NCBI RefSeq assembly: GCF_006345805.1
Contig: NC_043002.1
Location: 54,188,001-54,252,000 of the forward strand
Source: Octopus sinensis
Lineage: Eukaryota
Reading direction: 5' to 3'
Length of the DNA stretch: 64,000 bases
In this document: piece after piece, positions 1-10,603 of the stretch
Position numbering within the stretch: the first letter of the stretch is position 1
Layout of the letters: each line of letters starts with the position of its first letter
Notes under the pieces: model-generated
What the model saw: the letters and a program-made list of their open reading frames with translations, nothing else
What the model was told of the DNA's origin: nothing
Database searches by the model: none
Translations under genes and position numbers: made by a program

Positions 1-56
1 TTTTTTTTTATCAGGCATAAATAATTCTTGACTGATTTTGTAAGTCGTGCGTTCGA

Positions 57-260
57 TTATGATGATGATGATGATGATGACGACGATGATGCCAAAGACA
101 AGGATAAGAACAGTAAAGGGGATGTGAGGAAGCGGAGGTGGGAACAAGGAATGAAGGGATGAGGAGGGGGGAGGCAGAAATTATGGAGAGGAGGAGATGA
201 TGGGGAGAGGATGAGGATGGGACGGGGAGATGATGATGAGGAGGAGGAGGAGGTATTAAT
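57..260. repeat. (GAT)n and GA/GGA-rich low-complexity tract
   Basis: gatgatgat... at 57-90 followed by purine-rich gag/gga runs; explains the His/Pro-rich minus-strand ORF 11-271. Confidence 0.85.
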
Positions 261-820
261 GTCATTGTCATTTTTGTTATTGATTACAAAACTATTTTCT
301 AATGTTTCAATTAATTTCTATAATCTGTCGTTGGCTCTGTGCCCGTGTGGTATCAGTTGACAAACAGTGATCATTACTATTGCAGTAGCAAACAAGTGCT
401 ACAGATACCGCAGTTGTGTTGATACGTTGACCTACTGACCTCAGAAAATTATATCTTCCTTGACGACCGAGGAAACCGCTAATGTGGCCGACCGACCGAC
501 CTGCTAGGAATAGCAGCCAAATTTCATTCAAATCACACTATACTGTCTTTGAAGATTGAAGGACACATCAGATAACTTGACATAATACTATATGCTTACT
601 TAGAAGCAGAAGGGAAACGAGATGGTTGGATAATATCCATGATCTTGGGTGGTTACGCTTGGGAATCCGTACGGAAAATGTAATGATAGCACGTCCTGTC
701 GCCTCAAACATTGGATAACCCACTGCAGCATTCCATTCCACTCGCTTCTCCTTCTAATCCCTGGCTTCACACTAAACATTACACCCATTTCTTCCTTTGC
801 ACAACGGCGGTCCTCTAGAG

Positions 821-1318
821 CAGTGTTTTCCGACCTATTTTCCCCCAGGTCCCATTATAACTTTCCAGAAAACTGTTTTCCCCACTAGTAGTTTGAAAAA
901 ATCTACTTTATTTTTATTATCTAATGATAAGGCGGCGAGTTGGCAGAATCGTTATCACACCGGGCAAAATACTTAGCGGTATTTCGTCTGTCTTTACGTT
1001 CAGAGTTCAAATTCCGCCGAGGTCGACTTTGCCTTTCATCCTTTCGGGGTCGATAAATTAAGTACCAGTTCAGTACTGAGGTCGAGAGAGAGAAAGAAAG
1101 AAATTTGTTATTTCTAGTAAGTTGAGTAACAACATAAGAAACCGTTTCACAACATTTTCACCAGCAAGGACCCTGCTTTCGTTTAAAATGGGTTTTCCCA
1201 CAAACCCACCTCAGGCTTTTGAGAGGTCCTTCTACACAAATTTTTAAACTCAGCTCGCAGGTTCCCAATACTAGCTTTGTGTACCCCAGAGATTCTTAGA
1301 CCCAGGCTGGGAACCACT
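821..1318. mobile_element. Degenerate non-autonomous hAT-like element interrupted by a SINE
   Basis: Left end cagtgttttccgacct (821); right end aggctgggaaccact (to 1318), whose reverse complement agtggttcccagcct resembles hAT/Charlie TIRs; no ORF. Confidence 0.4.
931..1085 (+). mobile_element. tRNA-derived SINE, family 1 (octopus-type)
   Basis: A-box-like tggcagaatcg and B-box gagttcaaattcc, then core gtcgactttgcctttcatcctttcggggtcgataaattaagtaccagt; homologous copies at about 2670, 5300 and 39545. Confidence 0.8.
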
Positions 1319-2029
1319 AAACGACGATGATGGTAGATACATGTTTTTTGTTGTTGTTTTTTTTTACTATATATGTTTTTTGTTTTATTTAATTGCTTTT
1401 TTCTTGCACTAATTCTTCAATTGCTAGAGGGTTATCAGGCAAATTAATTATCTTTATTGAATTGAATTCTGAAAAAATAGGAAATAACATTATATAAATC
1501 CACTCTTCCACACAATTTTACATGACAGTAAAATCGATAAGAAGAAAGAGAAATGTTTATATTCTGTTTTATTTATTTATTGTATTTATTTCTCTTTTTT
1601 TTTTTATTGTAAACCTAAATTACAATTCGTGTTACAATAACAATTACAACCATTTTTAAGAAAATGCCGCAAGATTTATTTCCACATCGCACCTTATCCG
1701 TATATTTTTAATATTTTCATCACGATAAATAGATAAATATTGATTTTTCAACACTGGCACTAAGCTACAAATATGTGTTTGTTTGTTTGTTTGCTTTATG
1801 GGGTGGTGTCCATAGGGAAGAATATAATGAGTTGGACCGTACCCAATACTTGACTGAAATAAACAAGCAGTTATGTTATTGATCAGAGAAGTGTGAAAAG
1901 TACAATCATCTCTGGCGGGACTGGAAACCATATAGGCAGTCATGGCTGGGTGGTTAAGAAGTTTGTGTCACAACGACGTAGTTTCAGTTTCAACCCCCAT
2001 TGATTACCACTCAAATAAATACATATAAG

Positions 2030-2540
2030 CACAGGCGTGGCTGTGTAGTAAGAGGTTTACTACCCAACCTCATGGTTCCAGGTTCAGACCATATTAGACA
2101 ACTATTGGCACTTCGTCAGTTAAGACAATGTAGGTTCCAGTTGATCCTGTCAACAGAACAGCCTATTCGTGAAATTAACATACAAGTGGCTGGGCACTCC
2201 ACAGACACGCGTACTCTTTCACGTAGTTCTCAGGGAGATTCAGCATGACACAGAATGTGACAAGGCTGGCCCTTTTAAATTACAGGTACATCTCATTTAG
2301 TTAGTTAGTTAGTTAGTTAATTTTTTTGGCTCAAAAAGCTAAAAAGCAAGGCCATGTAGGGGGACATGGAGTTATGTACAGGGTGGTGTTCATGTAAAGA
2401 GTTCAGGCCACTTGAGGTCAAGGGAGACTTTGAACCGAGCGGTCGTCGGCATCTTCACCATCTCGTCTGGCAGCTTGAGCAACGTGAAATAAGTACCTTG
2501 TTCAAGGACACAGTGCACTGCTGGGAATTGAACTCACATT
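2030..2540. mobile_element. Composite SINE-type repeats (tRNA-like head ggcgtggctgtgtagtaag...ggttcagacc; tRNA-like reverse end)
   Basis: A/B-box-like head at 2033-2090, similar to the head at about 4090; interrupted by the CR1 fragment at 2297-2476. Confidence 0.55.
2297..2476 (-). mobile_element. 5'-truncated CR1-type LINE 3' end with (TAAC)n tail
   Basis: Minus strand translates KLPDEMVKMPTTARFKVSLDLKWPELFT* (CR1-group ORF2 C-terminal LP..V......FK..LD motif), followed by a short UTR and (taac)n at 2297-2319. Confidence 0.65.
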
Positions 2541-2667
2541 CATAAGGCCGTGTTCATGGATGGACATGGATGGAACCACATTTGACGATGTGTTTTCTCA
2601 GCCGGAGCTGAATAGAAGATAGTGCTTTCTATTATAAGAACAAGACTTGAAATATTTGAGGAAGGTG

Positions 2668-2836
2668 GAACCTGGTCAATTACATCAATCCCGTGCTTAA
2701 CTGGTACAAATTTTATCGACTCCGAAAGGATGAAAGGCAAAGTCGATCTCAGCAGAATTTGAGCTCAGAACATGAAGAAGGATGAAATGCTGCTAAGCAT
2801 TTTTCCCAGTGTGCTAATGATTCTTATGGTTCAGCC
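2668..2836 (-). mobile_element. SINE family 1 copy
   Basis: actggtacaaattttatcgactccgaaaggatgaaaggcaaagtcgatctc is the reverse complement of the 931-1085 core. Confidence 0.75.
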
Positions 2837-3192
2837 CTATGATTAAGGAACTAAATCATAACAACCATCTAGGTTGCAATAAGCACCTCTTCACCTCTAA
2901 ATGTCTGGTTGTTAACACACCTTGGTTAAATGATAGCACAACGTGATGCCGTGTGACTACAATTCATAATAGAAAGATAAGTACAGTATTACAAGTAATA
3001 TATATTTTCTTTCAGCAAAAAAGAAAAAGAGAAAAGGCAGAAATGAAGGCTGCATACAGTTCATTGAGTCTCTGCCCTACCTCTGCTGTATGCGACTTTG
3101 AGAAACGTTTACATAAAACATTATGCTGTGTCAGAAGTCAACAAGTCATTATGGTTCAGTGCTTATTTCATCATCATCATCATCATCATCAT

Positions 3193-3383
3193 TTAGCGTC
3201 CGTTTTCCATGCTAGCATGGGTTGGACGGTTCTACTGGGGTCTGTGAAGCCAGAAGGCTTCATCAGGCCCAGTCAAATCTGGCAGTGTTTCTACGGCTGG
3301 ATGCCCTTCCTAACGCCAACCACTCCGTGATTGTAGTGGGTGCTTTTTACGTGCCACCCGCACTGGTGCCAGACAGAGCTGGC
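3193..3383. mobile_element. Interspersed repeat/SINE fragment (ggatgcccttcctaacgccaacc family)
   Basis: Near-identical to 58712-58853 over about 140 bp; the reverse complement of the motif also ends the repeat at about 4330-4355. Confidence 0.75.
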
Positions 3384-3956
<573 letters not shown>

Positions 3957-4084
3957 GTTATGATTTCATTTAGGTATAGACTGACTGCAATGCTTCTAAT
4001 AGCAGACGCAGGTGTGGGAGCTGATGAAGATGATTGCAGGACTCTTGTTATTTTGTCATTCATTGAGATACATAGGTACATGGT

Positions 4085-4400
4085 GCACAGATGTGGCAGC
4101 ATGGTAAGAAATTTGCTTCCTAACCACATGGCTCTGGGTTCGATTCCACTGCGTGACACTTGTGAGTTCAATGGACGGAAAATGAAAGAAGCTGGTGTGT
4201 GTGTGTGTGTTACTGTCACCTTGTCTTGACATTGCATGATAACTATAACTAATTATCACCATCATGTTGTTTCCAATTTCCTGTGAAAACAAGTCTAGTC
4301 ATGGGGAAATATTACCTTACTTGGAAATAGGTGAGAGTTGGCAACAAGAAGGGCATCAAACTCAACAAACTCCATCCGATCTATGCAAGCATGGAGAAGT
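4085..4400 (+). mobile_element. tRNA-derived SINE, family 2
   Basis: gtggcagcatggtaag A-box-like, gggttcgattcc B-box, internal (GT)n, 3' ggttggcaacaagaagggcatc-type motif. Confidence 0.7.
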
Positions 4401-4559
4401 GGACATTAACAATAGGATGATGATGATGATATGCGTGCATGTATTTCTGTCAAGACATTTCCAGAAAACTTCACCAAAGCAACCTGTTGAAGCATATCAT
4501 AATGATTATTCCTGAAATGGAAACAATCCAAAAGCCCTGCTCTCTTGGAGCAGATGAGC

Positions 4560-5920
4560 CGTTCTGTGAGAGGTTTGATGCTTTTGAGATTATATCCCTT
4601 AATGAAAAAGAGAGTTGAGGTAATCATTTATACCCAGCAGTAGCCCAGGGAAACTGCATGGTTATTTTGAAAACCCAGTCTACACAGAAACTCTCATATG
4701 ACGTGGAGGAGACACTAAGAAAATAAAGTTTGTCATAGACATAAAGGAAAGAGGAAGATTTTGAATTAGCAGTCATAAGGAAGTATGAACAACAAACCTC
4801 CATGTTCTTTGATATGTAGAAAAACAAAAAATTCAGAAAACTTGGTGAAAACTTCTTGGAGTGATAAACACCATTACACAGTAGATTGTTTATGCCTTGC
4901 TAATGATACTAAACTAAAAAGTGCCATAGTTTTTAAAAGAAAGACAATGCTAAAAGAATCACTGCCAAAGGACAAAAGAGATAGTGGGTGTTTGCCCAAG
5001 AAGGTAAGTAGGTTGATGAAACCATTGTTCTTGAGTGACTGAATGAAGTGTGGTAGAAAAGGTTAAATGAAGTCTAAATCAGAAGTCTTTAATAGATAGA
5101 CATGTTTACAGCACATCTGAGACAAAAAAATTAAATACCACAGAACTTACCAAGCTGTGAAAGCCAGGTGTACATCAGATTTTACAACCACTGGAACGTG
5201 TTGTTGTTTAAAGAAACCCTTCAAAGCTGACAGAAGACCAAGTGAAGCAACTGAATAATAGTTTCAAATTTTGGCACAAGGTCAGTGATTTCATGAGAAG
5301 CAGTAAGTCGATTACATTGATCCCAATGTTCAACAGGTACTTATTTTACCAACCCCTAAAGGACAAAAGCCATAGCCGACCTCAGCATAACTTGAACTCA
5401 GAATGTCAAGATAGATAAAACACTGCTAAGTATTTTTGCCCAGTGCACTAATGATTCTGCCAGCTCACCACCTTTCAACTGGATAATTAACAAAGAGAAA
5501 CAAGTCACAATAGTGAGAAATTTCAGGCACCAAAACCTGTTGACACCTTATCATTGGCTAATTGATCCATGGAACAAAATTCCAGCAGGCAGAGTATTTT
5601 TACAGGATCTCAAAATTCTAGAGATGGAATGCCAAATAATGAGCTGTTCAGAGAATTCATTTGAGGTGGTGAGGAGTAGAAATACAAAATTTAAAATTAA
5701 GTTGAAGACATTGGAGTGTTCAGCAATCTACTTACCAGTGGGAGCAGCATTTGGAGAATATTCTGAGATTTCTCAAAGAATAATAAATAAAATGTGCTGT
5801 GTTGTAGTACAGCACATTCTGGTTTGTTTAGATATTCCAAATAATAAAAATAGAAATAAAACAGAGAAAATGGTGTTGAAATTTTCATTTATTTCAAAAA
5901 TATACAAGTACAAAACTTAG
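4560..5920 (+). pseudogene. Decayed pogo/Tigger (Tc1-mariner superfamily) transposase remnant, split by a SINE
   Basis: KHHYTVDCLCLANDTKLKSAIVFKRKTMLKESLPK (ORF 4785-5042) resembles pogo DDE TV.L...ADG.KL....IFK.K motif; WLIDPWNKIP at about 5550 resembles the pogo C-terminal region. Confidence 0.6.
5300..5470 (-). mobile_element. SINE family 1 copy (diverged)
   Basis: aagtcgattacattgatccc...ggtacttattttacc...gattctgccagctcacc matches the 39600-39766 copy. Confidence 0.7.
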
Positions 5921-6419
5921 ACATTATATAATGAGTAACAATAAAATGAAAAATATAAAAATAAAAAAAATTGATTGAATATATAATGAAATGATCTGAA
6001 AAAAATCTCTGAACATTCTCTTTTCCTCTAAATTCCAAAAACATGCAAAAAAAAAAACAGATTCTAACTAAAATGTGAACAGAAAATGTTTAACATGTCT
6101 ATTTTTCAATGCTGTTCAAAAATCCATTTTTCTATTCACACACTTATTTAGGGATTCAAAACATGCTTGTATATTTTGTCATATATTTTGATTGTGATCA
6201 AGTGGTAGCTGACCCTATATTTTCATAATCTACTCATGGATTCTGAATTTCTAATCCCATATTTAAAAGTAGATCAAAGATGAATGCTACAGATTATGGT
6301 AGTGAGAAAGAAATTTTGTCTGATTAGCAGTGCCCTACTAGGAAGAATACATGGCATTCATTTTGCTGCAACATGGATGCGTGTGTATGTATGTGTGTGA
6401 GTGCACATGTGTATGTGTT

Positions 6420-6532
6420 CTTATACAAGAATGTTGTTGATAGTGACTTCGAAGTTTCTGCCAGCTAACCCAAAACAATGGCTTTAGTTGGTCGAAACTT
6501 CAAAGTCACTGTCAACAACATTCTTGTATAAG
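6420..6532. repeat. 113-bp near-perfect hairpin (39-bp arms)
   Basis: 6420-6458 is the reverse complement of 6494-6532 with two differences; inner ccagctaa/ttagttgg stem. Confidence 0.85.
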
Positions 6533-6799
6533 ACTAATAAATAAAAGTAGAGAATAACCCATTGTAAAATTGTTTTCATTGTCACTGAACATACAAATAA
6601 AAATTTTTATATTTATATATATAGATACGAGGTCAGTTGAGGAAAAAGTGCTATGACCCAGTTTCGTGGTTTGGTGCCAGATGGACTGGCGAAACAAGTT
6701 ATGGGCCTTTGTCTTGTCACCGGTAAGGGAAATTAATGAGGTTGGAAGGTACCTCTGACCCATATCTGGTTAAGCAAAGTTGAGAAAAAAATAAATCTG

Positions 6800-9488
6800 C
6801 CACCCCTTTAAAATGCAGAGAGCTGGGGGTTAGTTGGTCAGTTTGGGCAGAGACAGTCAGTTGGCTAGAGGTGCAGTTGCCGAGAGGAGTTGAGTTGGCA
6901 ACAGAGAGTTGGCCAGAGACAGTCAGCCAGACAATGAGCGGAGGGGATAAGGGAGTGAGATGGAGATGACGGCGAGAAGGCATGGCTATTTGTAGAAGGA
7001 GCTGAAATTGTTGCAGACTCGGAACGTGCGGTAATGTTTATGTTTTTGTTGTTGAATTTTGGATGTTGATGTGAAATGTAAAAGAAAAGAGAAAAGAACT
7101 TGTGAGTTGTGTTAAAAAAACAGAAAGACTGACAAAAAGGAAAAAGAGCATTGTGTCAGAAAAAAAAGAACTGTGGAAAAAAAGAAAAAGAAGGAAAAGG
7201 ACATTGTGACAAACTGTAATCTATTGAAATGTGTCAAAAGAATTGTTGAAGAGAAGAGAAAGACTTTAATTTGGACTGTTTTCGGACGTTGTGTATTGTG
7301 CATGCATTGATTGTTGCTCAGTCGAATCGGTAATCCACCACTTTATCAAAACAAGAACTGCAAAAGAAAGTAAATGATCTGACAAAACGTTTGAAGCAAC
7401 AGCAAAAGGTGTTTGATAAAACTTCCTCTTTACAAAGGAACGCGACAAAGGCAAGTTTTATATTGGCCAACAAAATTGCAAAGCAAAACAAGTCATTCGC
7501 AGAAGCAGAATTTATCAAAGATTGTATGGTTGATGCTGTCAGCGTTGTGTGTCCTGAAGTTAAGTCAAAAGTAGAAGCCATTTCCCTGTCAGGAAGAACT
7601 ATTGTTCGTCGCATTGATGCAATTGCCGTGAATATTCATGAACAGCTGTTAACAGCCAGTGGTCGATTTCAGTGGTTTTCTATTGCTTTAGATGAGAGTA
7701 CAGATATTCAGGATACTGCTCAGTTACTCATTTACATCAGAGGAATTGATGAAAACTTTGAAATTACAGAAGAATTGATATCTATGGAGTCTCTCAAAGA
7801 CACTACTACTGGAAAAGATTTGTTCAACAGTGTCATTAACAGTTCAATCAGGTCTGGATTAACCCTAAATAAACTGGCCAGCATTACAACCGATGGAGCT
7901 CCTTCACTCACCAGTAAACATTCCGGCCTTGTGAAATTGTTGAATGACAAAATCAAAGAAGATTTTCCACTACACAGTGTGTTGTCTTTTCACTGCATCA
8001 TACATCAAGAAAGCCTTTGTAAGTCATCTTTAAAACTCAAACATGTCATCGAACCTGTGGTGCGTGCAGTGAATTTAATAAGATCACGGGGATTGAAACA
8101 CAAGCAATTCCGAAGTTTCTTGGAGGATGTGGAGGCTGATTTTACTGATGTGCTGTACTACACAAATGTCCACTGGTTAAGCATTGGAAAAGTTCTTAAG
8201 AGAGTATGGGACCTCAAAGCAGAGATTCTTATGTTTCTCAAAATGCAAGACATCTCCTGCGACTTTTTAAACGAAATGGAGAGTGACGAATGGGTTTGTG
8301 ATTTTGCATTTGCTGTGTACATAATGCAGAAGCTGAATGAACTTAACACAAAACTGCAAGGCAAAGGTATATTTGCTCATGAATTGTACCTGGAAGTGAA
8401 AGCTTTTCAATGGAAGCTTGGACTTTTTGCCAAGCAGCTGAATGAGCAAAAATTTATTCACTTCCCTCTGCTGAAAACACAGTCTGTTACACAAGAATCA
8501 TCAGACAAGTACAGTTCCCAGTTGATGGCTTTACAAAAGGAATTCATTAGAAGATTTGCTGATTTCAAGGCAGTTGAAGGCCTGTTCGATTTGCTTAACT
8601 CACCTCTTGCCTGTGACATTAAAACAACTACCAAGGAACTGCAGATAGAAGTGATTCATTTGCAAGCCGACAATTCTTTAAAGATGATGTTTGAAAGTAA
8701 ACCACTGGTCGAGTTTTATGCTTCTCTACATTCAAAAAAGTTTCAAAATCTAAAAAAATTTGCAAGAAAGATGTTTGTGTTGTTTGCATCAACTTACATA
8801 TGTGAGCAGACTTTCTCCATCATGAAAATTAACAAGAGGAAGAATCGATCACTTCTCACAGACTCAAATCTTCAGTCAGTGTTAAGAATCAGCACAAGCA
8901 ACTTGACACCTAATTTTGACAAACTGGTAAATGACTGTAGTCAGCTGCATCATTCTCATTGACATTGTTATTTACAGAGCCGCTTTGTTTTTCAAATAAA
9001 TGCTTCAGGTGACGTTTCTAATTTCAGATATCAATTCATATTAATAAACTGTTATTTCTCTTTAAAATCTTTTATTTTGGGTATCCTAGAATTTAAGTAT
9101 AATATTCATCATGGCTGTCCATAATATTAAGAGGTGGTTGTCCACAATTAGTGCAGATTTTACTAGGAAAATTCCATTCCTGGCAATTTGTAAGCAATAA
9201 CAGGCTGTCCAAAATAACCGAGGTTCCTGTAATAATTTCAACTATAGGAGCAAATAACCGAAAAACATGAACCCGATACTCTAAAAAATAAATTAAATCA
9301 CTTAAACCAGGAATATTTCACAAAATTTCCTTTCAATCAATTGTGTGTTTATAGGTCTATAAACGCCTTTAAAAATATTTTCACTTGATTTTTATAAATG
9401 AGGCCCGCCAAGGTTCCAAAGGTGCACTGGGCGGCCCGCGATCAAAAAAGTTCGGCGGCCCGCGATCAAAAAAGTTCGCCCACCCCTG
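6800..9488 (+). mobile_element. hAT DNA transposon; right TIR present, left end not found
   Basis: Right end aaagttcgcccacccctg (9471-9488), reverse complement CAGGGGTGGGCGAACTTT, a hAT-type TIR, preceded by a ggcccgc subterminal motif; left boundary approximate. Confidence 0.7.
7391..8962 (+). CDS. hAT transposase (SPIN/Charlie, GTF2IRD2/EPM2AIP1-like), 523-aa open frame lacking the N-terminal zinc-finger region
   Basis: Catalytic and structural motifs SIALDESTD, ITTDGAPS, FHCIIHQE, HWLS (RW variant), STYICEQTFS; C-terminal dimerisation region RNRSLLTD.NL..VLRI. Confidence 0.9.
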   Translation: MKQQQKVFDKTSSLQRNATKASFILANKIAKQNKSFAEAEFIKDCMVDAVSVVCPEVKSKVEAISLSGRTIVRRIDAIAVNIHEQLLTASGRFQWFSIALDESTDIQDTAQLLIYIRGIDENFEITEELISMESLKDTTTGKDLFNSVINSSIRSGLTLNKLASITTDGAPSLTSKHSGLVKLLNDKIKEDFPLHSVLSFHCIIHQESLCKSSLKLKHVIEPVVRAVNLIRSRGLKHKQFRSFLEDVEADFTDVLYYTNVHWLSIGKVLKRVWDLKAEILMFLKMQDISCDFLNEMESDEWVCDFAFAVYIMQKLNELNTKLQGKGIFAHELYLEVKAFQWKLGLFAKQLNEQKFIHFPLLKTQSVTQESSDKYSSQLMALQKEFIRRFADFKAVEGLFDLLNSPLACDIKTTTKELQIEVIHLQADNSLKMMFESKPLVEFYASLHSKKFQNLKKFARKMFVLFASTYICEQTFSIMKINKRKNRSLLTDSNLQSVLRISTSNLTPNFDKLVNDCSQLHHSH

Positions 9489-9614
9489 GCTTATACAGAT
9501 GAATTATATTCCATCTTGCGGGATGTTTATATGTATATTCTATGATTAAATGTTCGAATTATGAAATGATATGCAGATGACCTTGCATTTGTTTGTTCAA
9601 TAATTTTAGTTTAA

Positions 9615-9616
9615 TG

Positions 9617-9647
<31 letters not shown>

Positions 9648-9685
9648 GTATATATATGTATATATATATATATATATGTATATAT

Positions 9686-9716
<31 letters not shown>

Positions 9717-9767
9717 GTATATATATGTATATATATGTATATATATGTATATATATGTATATATATG

Positions 9768-9826
<59 letters not shown>

Positions 9827-9897
9827 GTATATATATGTATATATATGTATATATATATATATATATGTATATATATGTATATATATGTATATATATT
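9615..9897. repeat. (TA)n array with TG interruptions
   Basis: Directly visible; abuts the 5' end of LINE copy 1. Confidence 0.98.
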
Positions 9898-9907
9898 TGC
9901 ACCACAC

Positions 9908-10603
9908 ATGGCTTTGCTAAGCCAAGTCCTCAAGGTGGACAAAGACAAAGAGAGAGAGATGGAAACAGGAAACACCAACCACAGAGTGTCAAAAAATGAC
10001 ACGCCCACTGCCACAGTCGAAGAAGGCAAGCAGGGCAAACAACAGATAGGCGGCGATGGGGAAACAGAAAATAACCACCCGGATGAAAAGACCTATGCAG
10101 AAAGGAACCAGTGGACAACCGTCCAACGAGGAGGAAAAAAACAGAGAGGAACTGGGGACAAGAAAACCCAGATAACATGCAAATTCTTCCGGAATGGAAC
10201 CTGCTGGCATGGAGAAACAGGGGAAGGATGCAGGTTCGCTCATCCCAGGCCCTATGGAAATTGCATCAAACCCACTCGACCAAAATGCCTTAACCAAAAC
10301 CAGAACAAATACAAGCTGCCCAGAAATATGCAGACATAGTGCGTAATGCCCCAACAAGGAGAAGGCGCACATTTGCAGAGGAAAGCAGACGGCGGCAGCA
10401 GAACAAAGAAATTTTGTGGAAATGGCAGAGAAATTGTGGGACAACTGGCCTGGATACATCGTCTTCAGAGCCAGGGGCACTCACAACAGCACTCAAGACC
10501 ACCACAGTCAAGGGACCCAGGGTGGCCACCGCTGACGCCGGCCCAGGTGCCACACCGTCAGCCTTTATTGACACCCCGGGTGTCTCACCAGTGCTTCTGC
10601 TGA
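9908..10603 (+). pseudogene. LINE copy 1 ORF1 remnant (C-x7-C-x8-C-x3-H finger), about three 1-bp frameshifts
   Basis: [23 protein letters not shown] at 10178-10246; C-terminus IVGQLAWIH...RPPQSRDPGW aligns with copy 2 IVQQLTWLH...RPPQQMDPGW. Confidence 0.8.

Noticed and set aside
300-1943. Short minus-strand ORFs (307-531, 600-788, 1656-1943) as possible host exons
   Set aside because: No recognisable domain and only weak splice-like signals; cannot be supported without RNA data, although a minus-strand host gene would matter for the strand-bias finding
6790-6810. ctgccacccct as the left TIR of the hAT element
   Set aside because: It has the same orientation as the right TIR, so it cannot be its inverted partner
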